Shown here: one piece after another, positions 24,028 through 37,934 of the stretch | Position numbering within the stretch: the first letter of the stretch is position 1 | Layout of the letters: each line of letters begins with the position of its first letter | From: Paraphysomonas bandaiensis | Taxonomy: Eukaryota > Protista > Chrysophyceae | Reading direction: 5' to 3' | Assembly: GCA_965644295.1 (NCBI GenBank) | Contig: CBFFRP010000236.1 | Location: 124,001-188,000 of the forward strand | DNA length: 64,000 bases | Notes under the pieces: generated by a model | The model's input: the letters and a program-made list of their open reading frames with translations, nothing else | Databases searched by the model: none | Told to the model about the DNA's origin: nothing | Position numbers and translations under genes: made by a program

Positions 24028-27000
24028 AGATCTTATGATTATCAAGCGTCACGCGGAGGCTGATGAAGCCGATGCAGCACTAAGACATAAACGAAACATG
24101 GTGAGTGGATTATAGCCAGTAGATTAATAGCCAGCTGTATGATTATAGTGTGCTGTATGTATGATTATAGTGTGCTGTATGTATGACTATAGTGTGCTGT
24201 ATGTATGATTATAGTGTGCTGTTTGTATGACTATAGTGTGCTGTATGTATGACTATAGTGTGCTGTATGTATGACTATAGTGTGCTGTATGTATGATTAT
24301 AGTGTGCTGTATGTATGACTATAGTGTGCTGTATGTATGATTATAGTGTGCTGTATGTATGATTATAGTGTGCTGTATGTATGACTATAGTGTGCTGTAT
24401 GTATGACTATAGTGTGCTGTATGTATGACTATAGTGTGCTGTATGTATGACTATAGTGTGCTGTATGTATGACTATAGTGTGCTGTATGTATGACTATAG
24501 TGTGCTGTATGTATGATTATAGTGTGCTGTATGTATGACTATAGTGTGCTGTATGTATGACTATAGTGTGCTGTATGTATGACTATAGTGTGCTGTATGT
24601 ATGATTATAGTGTGCTGTATGTATGACTATAGTGTGCTGTATGTATGACTATAGTGTGCTGTATGTATGATTATAGTGTGCTGTTTGTATGACTATAGTG
24701 TGCTGTATGTATGATTATAGTGTGCTGTATGTATGATTGTAGTGTGCTGTTTGTATGACTATAGTGTGCTGTATGTATGATTATAGTGTGCTGTATGTAT
24801 GATTGTAGTGTGCTGTATGACTATGATTATAGTGTGCTGTATGTATGACTATAGTGTGCTGTATGTATGATTATAGTGTGCTGTTTGTATGACTATAGTG
24901 TGCTGTATGTATGATTATAGTGTGCTGTATGTATGATTATAGTGTGCTGTATGTATGACTATAGTGTGCTGTATGTATGACTATAGTGTGCTGTATGTAT
25001 GACTATAGTGTGCTGTATGTATGACTATAGTGTGCTGTATGTATGACTATAGTGTGCTGTATGTATGACTATAGTGTGCTGTATGTATGATTATAGTGTG
25101 CTGTATGTATGACTATAGTGTGCTGTATGTATGACTATAGTGTGCTGTATGTATGACTATAGTGTGCTGTATGTATGATTATAGTGTGCTGTATGTATGA
25201 CTATAGTGTGCTGTATGTATGACTATAGTGTGCTGTATGTATGATTATAGTGTGCTGTTTGTATGACTATAGTGTGCTGTATGTATGATTATAGTGTGCT
25301 GTATGTATGATTGTAGTGTGCTGTATGTATGACTATAGTGTGCTGTTTGTATGACTATAGTGTGCTGTATGTATGACTATAGTGTGCTGTATGTATGATT
25401 ATAGTGTGCTGTTTGTATGACTATAGTGTGCTGTATGTATGATTATAGTGTGCTGTATGTATGATTGTAGTGTGCTGTATGACTATGATTATAGTGTGCT
25501 GTATGTATGACTATAGTGTGCTGTATGTATGACTATAGTGTGCTGTATGTATGATTATAGTGTGCTGTATGTATGATTATAGTGTGCTGTATGTATGACT
25601 ATAGTGTGCTGTATGTATGACTATAGTGTGCTGTATGTATGACTATAGTGTGCTGTATGTATGACTATAGTGTGCTGTATGTATGATTATAGTGTGCTGT
25701 ATGTATGACTATAGTGTGCTGTATGTATGACTATAGTGTGCTGTATGTATGACTATAGTGTGCTGTATGTATGATTATAGTGTGCTGTATGTATGATTAT
25801 AGTGTGCTGTATGTATGATTATAGTGTGCTGTATGTATGATTATAGTGTGCTGTATGTATGATTATAGTGTGCTGTATGTATGACTATAGTGTGCTGTAT
25901 GTATGACTATAGTGTGCTGTATGTATGACTATAGTGTGCTGTATGTATGACTATAGTGTGCTGTATGTATGATTATAGTGTGCTGTATGTATGACTATAG
26001 TGTGCTGTATGTATGATTATAGTGTGCTCTATGTATGATTATAGTGTGCTGTATGTATGATTATAGTGTGCTGTATGTATGATTGTAGTGTGCTGTATGT
26101 ATGACTATGATTATAGTGTGCTGTATGACTATGATTATAGTGTGCTGTATGTATGACTATAGTGTGCTGTATGTATGACTATAGTGTGCTGTATGTATGA
26201 TTATAGTGTGCTGTATGTATGATTATAGCGTGCTGTATGTATGTTATTGTAGTTGTAGTGTTGTTGTTTTACTGTTATTATAGGAAAGAAAGCAAGAAGC
26301 AGATAGAAAAGCGAAAGAAGCTGAGGAAGCCGCGTATAATAAGATGTGGGGGTGGAAGGATGAAGGGAAGAAAACGTATCGTGAGATGAATCATGCATTT
26401 GCCGGTTTACAGTCTATACTTGTACCGCATAAGTGCAAGAAGTCCACAATGCTGGAGCTGGAAGGTTTTTGTAGAGCCGCCCATACCAACGAGTCCTTTC
26501 TATACAGGCGTATGTCTCAGCGGGTTCTGAATGAGATATCTCCCTTTCATTTACGTTATAGACTGAAAAGGAGGGCAATACATCGGAAGTATATAGTGAT
26601 GCGTGAAATCTTTAACCGTACGCGGGCTATGGAGTGCTTGCGTAGTGGGTACTATGAGACCAATAATTTTGTCTATAATGAGTTCATGGACGAACATTTT
26701 GCATTGTTACAAATGGAAGCAGCCTATGGTCGACGTGTTTTGGTTGGACCAGCGAAAATTATGCTGTTACGAATGTTGCGTACTCGGGTTCAAGATGCCA
26801 AAGATAAACTTGACCGTGCCACACAAGGAGTAGAGAAGTGTGAGTACATGCTCGTCTGTACGAGTGTATACCACGAGCGTTTGGCCGGATGTTTAAAGTG
26901 TGGGCTGATAATGATTCATGGGAAAATGTGCATGGAGTCGTATGATAGAGCTACAAATGCCTCAATTGTAGTACCTAGAGAATTCGAACTGGAGGTATGG

Positions 27001-29422
27001 GAATTTGTATATGTTATTGCCGTATTGACTACGTGAGCTTTGAAGCTATATACCTAATTGAGAGTGCAATATATGCAGTTCTTAGCAGTGGTACCCATTC
27101 GCTGCACTGAGTCGTATTTCTGTGCTTTTCATTAAAGCTGTGTCATGTATTTGTGTGATGTTTTTCAGATACTTAAGCGTGAAGTGATCGAATTTCAAGA
27201 AAAGTATGATGAAGTCAAGAGTGCACTTACTCAAGTGGAAACGGAACTTAGGCACAAAACAGTGTATGATGTGCAGGCTTGGTGGGGGACTCGACTGGCT
27301 ATACGGAAAGCCCGCATAATGAATAGGAAAATGGAGCACTCTCGCTTTTATTTCCGTATTAGACGATTAGTAAAGCTGAAGAAAGCTCTAGACGAATTTG
27401 ATCCATGGAGATCATCATTGGAAGCTTTAGAAGCGAAATTTTGTGATCTTTTACCGGAATTAGCCGAGTATCGTCTTAAAAAGACGACCCGTGCTATGAA
27501 GATTGCTAATCGATTTGCGAGGCAAATTCTTACCATTACAAGAGAAAAGGCTAGTGCTGTTGAAGCAAAGGTAAGTAAGATTCTTCATAACGTGGGTACT
27601 GTATGGTGCAGTATATGTTACAGTGGGAGTGAAGTATTTCTATTGCGTATAATATATATGTTTTCGGATTATATCACCACCTCCAACAGCAGTTCACGTT
27701 TTATGCAGAGACGCCTACAGGAGAGTTTAAAGCAGCGCCGAAGACTAGAAAGATATCAATCTCTAGAGATGCAGCGGCAGCGTGAAGCGCGAGTTGCCCA
27801 GTCTATGAGGCACGAATTGAGGAAAGAAGCCGAGAGGATGCTGAATAGGACCTGGATGTGTGATCGTTTCGAGTGTAATAAACGTGTTTTCTATTCTGAG
27901 TTTAGGTGAGATTTTATGTGGTTTGTTAATGTAGCATGTGTGCACTGACTTCGTGGTATATATGGAAGAATTATGTTTTGAATTGAGTGTTCGTACTGTG
28001 TATCAAACCTGGCAGAAAGAACAATATGGTCGTATATAATTGAGATAATGGTGGAATAATTTCTGTGCATAATGTTTATTTAGGTATAATACTCACATGA
28101 AGCTGCACCGCCTCAAGGATAAGGATGGGTATAAGTCCCGGGAAGAACTCTATCGACTGAAACAGCTTCGCAAGAAGGGCGAAGAAGAATTTTTGGCCCG
28201 GGTGAGGGCTTTGAGAGATGGATTGATAAATATTCGTGGTTGTGATGATATAGAGAGCTGTAACCCATTAGTAAAAGCCCACGTGTGGCCAGAGTGTCGT
28301 AAGTATCTCACTAAACTCCCTCCTCTGAGCGTGAAGGATGCTATTCCGAGATCAATCGGAAAACATATGGTAGCACCTTCGGCGCATGATATTCCGGAGG
28401 ATTATATTATCTGTGGTGATTGCATCCATGATGAGCGTTCTGTTGTATCTACAGATATTATTCAGAGTACTGCCGATTCAAGAGAAGGGGTGGCAATTGA
28501 AGACGATAATTGTGAACCGAAGCTTGTAGAGGCCTTGTCTGACAATGCAACTGACGATGAATCCAAGAGTTCATTTGTCTCGAACCTGGGTACGGCACAA
28601 TCAACTGATAGTGGACCTAATACTGCGAATAAGAGTTCGATGAATGTGACTGGCGATGTTTCCGCCCCGCCACCAATGCCTGTCAGTCCCCCCGGCCCGT
28701 ATGCTAAACGAAAAGTCCATTTGGCACCTTCGTCCTCTGACGTCCCTGTATTTAGCCCTATTCGTTCTCACGATGGAAAGCATGAGTCATTGCTGGAAAC
28801 GAATCTACGCGAAGGCCTCATGGAACCCCCATGGATGCATATGCCCCAATTGGTTTCACTGAGCGAAACTGTACAGAGCTCTCACAAAATGTACTTTGAA
28901 GTTGTCAGCAAGGTGGATGAAATCAGCGTATCGCGGTCCAAATATGTTTTAAATAAACATGTATTTCGGATTGGTGCTTTGGGGTCGTGCGATTGCACAT
29001 TAAGATGCGAGGACACAGGGGGAGATATCCGTTATGTAAGACGTGCCTCACGTATTCATTGTTTAGTGTACGTGCCACTTGTATTGCCGCAGTATAATCA
29101 GTCTAGCCGCCACAGCAAGCATCCTCCTCTCCCTCCGGATTCACAACCATCTGCACACGGAATCACAGGAGATGATAATGAGGAAGGTGACGATGAACCC
29201 GCTTTACATAAGAATGTTACGATCGTCGACAACCATAGCATGTGGGGAACTTACATCGTGTCTGAAAATGGCGTCAAAAAAGTCCCCACGGTCATCCAGA
29301 AAGGTATTCCCTTGGTTCCTGGGGACCTGGTATGCATAGGAGTAGTAAGAAATGGCCCTGAAACAATGTCACCTATAGAGGCCAACAAAGCGTTGATTGT
29401 CTTCAGAGTGCGAGTAGAGTAG
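24028..29422 (+). CDS. Large coiled-coil + C2H2 zinc finger + FHA-like protein (multi-exon; 5' start not resolved)
   Basis: Exon 24028-24100 joins 26284 in frame across a repeat-filled intron. C2H2 finger WMCDRFEC...F...YNTHMKLH is split by an intron. C-terminal FRIG...ASRIH...DNHSMWGTYI...LVPGDLVCIG resembles FHA. Confidence 0.65.
24134..26243. repeat. 22-bp minisatellite (GAYTATAGTGTGCTGTATGTAT)n, ~95 copies, intronic
   Basis: Directly visible tandem array inside intron 24101-26283. Confidence 0.97.
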
Positions 29423-29899
29423 TTTGATATTGACAACTTTTCAGGATCATTTTGTGTTGTAAATACAGTTACTTGATGTCGTGTGTTGCTGTATGAAGTC
29501 ATCTTTTTAATTTATGTAATATTCAAGTGCTGGTTATTTGACTATGTCTGACTGTTTTCTTGTAATGTGATATCTTACAATCATATGTATTCTAACCGCT
29601 CTGGCTTCTTCTTTCTGTGCGGATACACGAAACTGTTGCCGTATTAAATGTTTTTCGTTTTACATTGAAACATAGACTCTTGCAGTTGTTTCATTATTTG
29701 ACCTAATGGCTAAGTATAGCTAGTACGAAATATTGAAAATAAAGAATTTCTTGTTCTTTCGCTTGACATATAGCTTCCACGTTACTGACTTTTCTCGGAA
29801 AACACGGAAAGTGTGTTCGGTGAAAATCAAATCAAGTAATTTTTACTCAACCGATATTAAAATGTTATTTAGTCAAAGTATGAATGATGCCGATGGATT

Positions 29900-32800
29900 A
29901 TACTGTTAAAATTCTCATTTGCATGACACAACTAGAAACGTATACTCTGAAAATCTGGCACCGCGCAATGAACCGTGAGCAGAGGTCAAGACATCACATA
30001 TTGCTGCCCCGAAACAAATATACAATTTTTTATATACCGCATATACAACGAAGCTATAGAAAATTTTCTCTGACTGTACCATCCACTGATCCAGTGTACA
30101 AACACCCTCTATATGCCGTAAAGCAAGTAATGCTTTCTGTATGTCTCTGCTCGGTGTATACCTTCTCTATAGTTCCCACACATTCCATGTGCTCTGGATC
30201 CCATATACTTACAATTTCATTTTCCGATGAACCTGAGTATACTTTCCCGTAATGATAAAACCAACTCGAAATTATCGAGTCTGGAGTAAAAGAGAGGAGC
30301 TGCATCCAAAATAAGGGTCAGGGGAAACGAACCATTCAATCAAAGATAATATATTAGCACTATTTCTCATAAAGGGTGCACATATTACTTCTCAAACTCG
30401 TTTTGTTAATAATAGTTCAAACGTACATACACGAGAACAGAAAATGGTAATTTACCTGCGTTAGGGTCCGAGTACACCACACTCTAACCGACCTATCTGC
30501 AGATGAAGACAGCAATCGTTCTTTATCACTTAGCAGCAATAAGTTATGCACATGGTCTTCATGACCACGTAATGTACCAGTCTGTCCACACGTGATGTCG
30601 TGATCTCCTTCTCTATGTAAGCTACTAAAAACCCGTATCACCCTATCCCATGTTCCTGTTCCACAGGCAACGAAGACTCTGAGCCAATACCGTCCACGGG
30701 TACGGCCATCGCGATGCCCGAGCGGTCCAGTGTTGCTGTCTCCATGCCCAGAGGAAATCCACTCGGCAACAGCAGCATTGACACAGATAGGGTTCTGTAT
30801 TTGCGTCACCAACTCCATTACTTTGCATTTTTTATTCATAGCCGCACTATTCGACAGACGTGCCGCACTAGCGTTCCATATACACACCCGCCCGTCAATA
30901 GAACTCGACAGCAGCAGTGATGAATACGGCGGCCCGTTGCCAATACAGAAGGCCATAGAACTGGGAGCAGAGCATAAAAACAACGAACGTATAGCTCCAT
31001 TGTGACCGTCGGATATGCCTGGTGCTTCAATATGAACCTATACACACGAGTTTAAGACTATAACCGGAAAAATGCAACATTGCATATCAATTCAATGCGA
31101 CTGTCAACAACTTGTTTACCCGGTTTATATCGTCGATATTACTGCATCGCCATGCTTCAATGCTTCCATCTTCATACCCCGCAAAAAGTACACACCCAAC
31201 AACGCATAAACAAGTAACACTAGAACTAGATACAGAATCCAGGATGCCAATATAACGCATATTCCCAGTGCACTTCCACACACATACACGACCATCCGCC
31301 AAGCCGGAAAAAAGTAAACCTATAAAACCACACTTCAATACAGAGCCATAAGTGCATTGCACACATGCACACAAATCGCTAAAACGCCATCAATATATGT
31401 TAACATACTTCTCCATACAGTGCTATATATGAGGTATTATTATATATAATGTTATATATGTTGTATTATATATAATGTTATATATGTTGTATTATATAAC
31501 ATGTATCTATGATGTGATACCATGTACAACATTGTATGTGAGCTGTTATCTGTACTGTGTTATACATGGGGCGTTCTAGATAGAGAGTTCCGTATGTGGT
31601 ATTATATCTACAGAGTAAAATACGGGGTGTTATATATGAGATGATATGTATAGAGTGTTATATACAGAATGTTATATATAGAGTGTTATATATAGAGTGT
31701 TATATATAGAATGTTATATATAGAGTGTTATATATAGAATGTTATATATAGAATGTTATATATAGAGTGTTATATATAGAATGCTATATATAGAATGTTA
31801 TATATAGAGTGTTATATATAGAATGTTATATATAGAATGTTATATATAAAATGTTACATATAGAATGTTATATATAGAATGTTATATATAGAATGTTATA
31901 TATAGAATGTTATATATAGAGTGTTATATATAGAATGTTATATATAGAATGTTATATATAGAATGTTATATATAGAGTGTTATATATAGAATGTTATATA
32001 TAGAATGTTATATATAGAGTGTGGTATATAGAGTGTTATATATAGAGTGTTATATATAGAATGTTATATATAGAGTGTTATATATAGAGTGTGGTATATA
32101 GAGTGTTATATATAGAATGTTATATATAGAGTGTTATATATAGAATGTTATATATAGAGTGTTATATATAGAATGTTATATATAGAATGTTATATATAGA
32201 GTGTGGTATACGGGGTGTTATATATAGAGTGTTATGGTATCTTCTATATATCTACTTCATCTTCATGCAACATGATCACCTGTTGATGCACAAGCAACAC
32301 ATAACACCCAGGGTGAATCCTCTGCTACCACACTGGGTCGATCATGTTGCCATGAAACCGCTAGATCTTTCTTACTAGGTACGTATATAGCTGTATTAAC
32401 AGTATTCACCATATTCACTTCTATTCCACATGAAGTCTTGATAGGATAGTGTCTCTTCAAGATGTCCCATATATGGGATTTTATAGAGGAAATTTCACGT
32501 AATAAAGATAATCGTGTCATATGTGTATGTCCAAACCGTCTTGGAATATCCAGTGGAATAAATTCATCATCAATTACTAATTGACATATTTCAAAATTAA
32601 GAAATTTTGTAAAAATTTCATAGATTTCTAATGATAAAACATACATATGAGAATATACGTTAAAATAATCATTAAGAAATAATTTACATAATATACATAT
32701 ACGACACATTAAAGCTAAATCTAGAAATTGATTGACACCATCCTCAAAACTTGGGATATTCTGATCGAAACTATGAAAAAGTTTATCAACTCTTTCGAAG

Positions 32801-33054
32801 TGTGATATGGATTCACTTTCTTGACTTTTACATAGTAAAGATACGCCATTTAATACATATGTAAGTGCTGTAGATACTGTACGACTTCGTATGTGATTAT
32901 TAATAATACATTGACGTAGTTTTTCTATATGTGATTGTAGGATAGTGTAGTCGTGTTCTACTGGTGTATCTGTATAGAAATAGATATCAAATCCCAGTAT
33001 ATGAGCACTAGTTGATATGATTTGTTTTAGTATTCGTCTTTGAATGAATGACAT
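29900..33054 (-). CDS. WD40-repeat protein with N-terminal helical region (multi-exon; 3' end approximate)
   Basis: LFSGLADGRVCVW, LRGHEDHVHNL...LLSSSADRSVRVW and LYTGSVDGTV. Exon 1 joins exon 2 in frame (AST-G-LLFSG) across intron ~32279-31321. Confidence 0.8.
31651..32235. repeat. 14-bp minisatellite (GARTGTTATATATA)n, ~40 copies, intronic
   Basis: Tandem array within the first intron of the WD40 gene. Confidence 0.95.
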
Positions 33055-33129
33055 GTGTGTGTATAGAGGATAGGCAGAGTTGATGGTAATTTATTGAGGA
33101 GGGATACATAAATAAGATATACTAGGAAC

Positions 33130-33132
<3 letters not shown>

Positions 33133-33162
<30 letters not shown>

Positions 33163-33637
33163 TGTATGTATGTATGTATGTATGTATGTATGTATGTATG
33201 TATGTATGTATGTATGTATGTATGTATGTATGTATGTATGTATGTATGTATGTATGTATGTATGTAGGTATGTATGTATGTATGTATGTATGTATGTATG
33301 TATGTATGTATGTATGTATGTATGTATGTATGTATGTATGTATGTATGTATGTATGTATGTATGTATGTATGTATGTATGTATGTATGTATGTATGTATG
33401 TATGTATGTATGTATGTATGTATGTATGTATGTATGTATGTAGGTATGTATGTATGTATGTATGTATGTATGTATGTATGTATGTATGTATGTATGTATG
33501 TATGTATGTATGTATGTATGTATGTATGTATGTATGTATGTATGTATGTATGTATGTATGTATGTATGTATGTATGTATGTATGTATGTATGTATGTATG
33601 TATGTATGTATGTATGTATGTATGTATGTATGTATGT
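33133..33637. repeat. (TATG)n microsatellite, ~500 bp
   Basis: Nearly pure tetranucleotide tract about 80 bp upstream of the WD40 gene start. Confidence 0.98.
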
Positions 33638-33819
33638 ACAGTATGTAAGGAATTTTCACACAAAACCATTGATTTTACATAAAACTATAGTTTTTACCCC
33701 CCTTTTTGTTGATTTTTGTAAAAGTGATTACAGAAGTTTGCAGCATTTAGAACACAATCACATTCATAATATGCATGTACTCTCATTGCTGCATATGTTA
33801 GTCTGCTGTATGTAGCAAT

Positions 33820-34511
33820 GTCAGATGAATGTAACATCGTTACCAAGCACAAGATATTGTGGATTAGTTTCTCAGATATGGAGAAATGGAATTTCATGAA
33901 AGAATATAAAGAGGGTCGTGTCGAATCCCTCAAACAAGTCGTTGCATACAAGAAAAACATATTCAACAGTTCAGCATGATGTACATGGATAAAAGCAATA
34001 CTACCAGCTCAAGCTACATTTATCTGTCTTATAGTTTTCCTGGCGATATTTATTATAGTCAACAATTTTCTTCACCACCTCAGGATATGCACCCTTCCTT
34101 TGCTTCTTTCGGCCTGTGCAACTTTCAAGCTTCAGTGTCCCATCATTCCAGGCTTTTGCCCTAGTACATAATGCTGAGCGGCTAAATATGTTTTTCTTGT
34201 ATGCCGAAGCTGACTTCGTATCATCAGCCAATGGACATGGTATTATTGCTTCCATGAAAGTAGGTTATAAATGTAATCTTACTGATATAGCTGCAGGAAT
34301 TACTGAGGTGACTTCTTATTCTGCCGAACAGCGAGCCAGCGCAGTTGAGTTATTGTATGATGTTGAAAGTGACCCATTGGTAATCGAAACTGAAATTGAG
34401 GAAGCCATGGAGTGCTGGGAATCTTTTTCTATTTCTCCGCCAACACCGGTGGTGGATGATGAGCGTCAAACTGATACAAGTATAGATCGTACGACTTCAT
34501 CTGAGGTGTAA
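33820..34511. pseudogene. pogo/Tc5-like transposase relic, rearranged
   Basis: Minus strand RKKQRKGAYPEVVKKIVDY...R resembles a CENP-B/Tc5 HTH. Plus strand HQPMDM(frameshift)GIIASMKVGYK matches the QPxD motif of pogo DDE domains. Confidence 0.6.
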
Positions 34512-36098
34512 CTTGAAATGAATTTAATGATGCCATGCGTGTTGTATACGACTTTACCATGCAAACTTGTTTTGAAAAAAAATCTTCCTTGCACTACCAG
34601 TTTGTCAAGTCCGCTTCCGAAGTGACTAAATCGTACTTAGAGAAGCGCACCAAATCTTTGCCACAACGAAACAATACAGCAATTTTTCTCGGTGCAGAGA
34701 TCTAATTCTACACTTTAACAGCGTTATGTAGTAATTCTTGTTATACAGCTGTCCGGTGTAGTTAAGTGCTGACAACGCATTCGTATCATGTAATAACAAG
34801 ACTGTTCACATAATTATTTATCTGTAAAGTGATAATAGAAAGTTTAAAGCACAATACCTTTCCAAATTGAAGTATGGGATACGGAATTTTACATAAACTT
34901 AGGAGTTTACAGCATAAAACTATGCTTTCAATATCGAAAAACTGAGGTTTACTACGAAAACTGGCTTTCAAAAAAAACAGTTTTTATGGTAAACGGTCTA
35001 TTATGATTCAGCTTAATACAAGATTGTACCTGTGAGTTATAATGTTCAATGAAATATATCATGAACTGAATTAGAGAGAACCTGTCGAAGATACATGATC
35101 GTCATTATCAGTTACACTTCTAAATATTCCGTTGTGCAAGATAGTTATGTTCTATATTGTTATTCATAATTTTCACTCTATCGTGTTCATTACTTACACT
35201 CTAATAATCACAACATTGTTTTACTATTATAAAGATCAATTCTTTATTCGCTCTACATATGATGCACTGTTTTTGCCTATGGTGCATACCGTTCACCGTA
35301 TCGAGAACGCACTGTATGTTAGATACCTGATATCAAAGAGATGTTAGAACGTATTGAGACAATGAAACCTAAATACCTTATACTTCTGGATTTAGTATCA
35401 AGTTATTTACCACGCTAAAATTTCAGAAACTTCGAGGAAGTGGACAGCATTTATAACCTTGCGGAGTATTTGAATGGCTCCGAATACATATCATGCATAT
35501 AACATTCGAGTCAGTTATTCTAGCAGGGGTTAAGTGTTGTACATATATGTGATGACGCCAGTGACAACAAGATGCCTTGTGCGACTAACAAGTTTTTACA
35601 TCCATCATCACATTTATATACGAATTTCAATACCACTCACCCTCAGCATCCTTTTGTGGTACAGGTACATTTATTGTTGCTATTATGGAAATTTGGGGAT
35701 TTATTGTTTAGAGTTGATTTAGTCCTATTGGATATACCATTAATATGAATTTCTTCCACTAACAGCAAGCAAGCTACTAATAGCTATACATTCTAGATAT
35801 ATTATGTTTTCATGCGGATAAGCTACAATTTAACCTAGGGATAAGGAGATGCATCCCTCGTCGAATTTTAAACACGGGATGATATACCCTCCTCTTGCTA
35901 TATATAATGTTCGATCATGTGATGATCTTAATAATTAGATGCAGTAATGGAATAATCGCCAGTAGCTAGTATTAGTATGAATAAGTATGCTTTACTTATA
36001 TACGCATACCGCACGAGCTGTTAAATCATACCACACCGTCTCATTACATTAAAACTTAATTAAAGTCGTACATTCACAAAATGACATAAAAATTATAT

Positions 36099-36867
36099 TT
36101 ATACCTTATCGCTAGAATCCTTTACTCTTATCGATATCGGACTAATAGTGGTTCTTTCGTGGCTATATGGATCTGTTTCCGAAACTGGAGTACTGCTGTA
36201 TATTGCAAATAAAGAGAGTTGGATAGAAGATAAACCAAGCCCAATAGCATTTGGAATATAAATGCTAGGATCATCTTTAAACAGATATCCATAGAATAGC
36301 CATACAATTCCATTGCACCAATTTACAATACTGGTACATACGAATTTAAAGAACACTTAGAGCGAGAAGCACACATTACCTCGTAGCGAATGACATTGAT
36401 GCAGTAGACTGATCACGAATAACAACCTTAATTGAGCTTAGCGGAGATGCCATAAGAGCAACTACTAGACAAGATCCAATAAACCCAACTAGAGAAGTAT
36501 ACCTGTAGAAGGCTAAACATAAAGTAACTATAACTATCGTTATACCAACTAAACATTCATCTAAATGAGATTGTTTTGAATAATACTGATATACAACAGT
36601 ACTAAATAATCCAATAGCCACACCACTCATATTAGATGTTATGGTAGGCATATCATCCGTTATCACTCCATATATCATACGTACACAACAGCATACGAGT
36701 AGAGACAGGAAGGGATAGATAGTATAAGTCCCTATAGATCGACTACAGTATATCGTAATACTGTGTAATAAGATAGTTATATAGAGGATGATTGATAGTG
36801 TGGATGCTGATAGTTGTATGAAGGTATGTATAGTCTGAGTGTGTATGTATAGTGAGAAGAGTAGCAT
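36099..36867 (-). CDS. SWEET/MtN3-family sugar transporter (2 exons)
   Basis: SIGTYTIYPFLSLL...MIYG...SNMSG; ASPLSSIKVVIRDQSTASM; WLFYGYLFKDDPSIYIPNAIG. Confidence 0.9.
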
Positions 36868-37028
36868 ATGAGGGGACTGTATGAGTAGAGAGGAGACTGT
36901 GATGTGTGATTATATGATCTATAGAGAGGAGGAGATGAAACATGGTGAAGATGAAGTAGTTGGGGGTGGTTAGAACCCTCTATGTAATGAACATATGGTT
37001 CAATCCGACCACCTGGATATCCTCATGC

Positions 37029-37686
37029 TGTATGTATGTATGTATGTATGTATGTATGTATGTATGTATGTATGTATGTATGTATGTATGTATGTATGTA
37101 TGTATGTATGTATGTATGTATGTATGTATGTATGTATGTATGTATGTATGTATGTATGTATGTATGTATGTATGTATGTATGTATGTATGTATGTATGTA
37201 TGTATGTATGTATGTATGTATGTATGTATGTATGTAGGTATGTATGTATGTATGTATGTATGTATGTATGTATGTAGGTATGAATGTATGTATTAATGTA
37301 TGTATTTATGTATGTATGTATCTATTAATTTATGAATGTATGTATGTATGTATGTATGTATGTATGTATGTATGTATGTATGTATGTATGTATGTATGTA
37401 TGTATGTATGTATGTATGTATGTATGTATGTATGTATGTATGTATGTATGTATGTATGTATGTATGTATGTATGTATGTATGTATGTATGTATGTATGTA
37501 TGTATGTATGTATGTATGTATGTATGTATGTATGTATGTATGTATGTATGTATGTATGTATGTATGTATGTATGTATGTATGTATGTATGTATGTATGTA
37601 TGTATGTATGTATGTATGTATGTATGTATGTATGTATGTATGTATGTATGTATGTATGTATGTATGTATGTATGTATGTATGTATG
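37029..37686. repeat. (TATG)n microsatellite, ~650 bp, interrupted
   Basis: Tract between the divergent SWEET and GT23-like genes. Confidence 0.98.
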
Positions 37687-37934
37687 TTGATTGCATTGCA
37701 TCGTACTCCTTCTGTGTGTGTGTGTGTGTGTGGTATTGTAGGGTGTGTAAGATCGTATGTGATTATATCATACCGTTACAGGGCATACATATGCTCCCTC
37801 GCACATGGGAGAAGATATCACTTATGGAGCAGTTGACTTCTCCTTTCAGATCCTTTCCTCTCATCATTCCCTTGCACTAATCCACTTAGAGGCATTATTA
37901 GCATTAACTGTCAGTGTAGTAACACATATATACG

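Noticed and set aside
24134-26243. Possible CRISPR array or telomeric repeat
   Set aside because: No unique spacers, no cas genes, eukaryotic intron context, and the unit is not telomere-like.
33027-37880. ORFs reading (YIHT)n or (MYVC)n
   Set aside because: Translation artefacts of (TATG)n microsatellites, which are stop-free in several frames.
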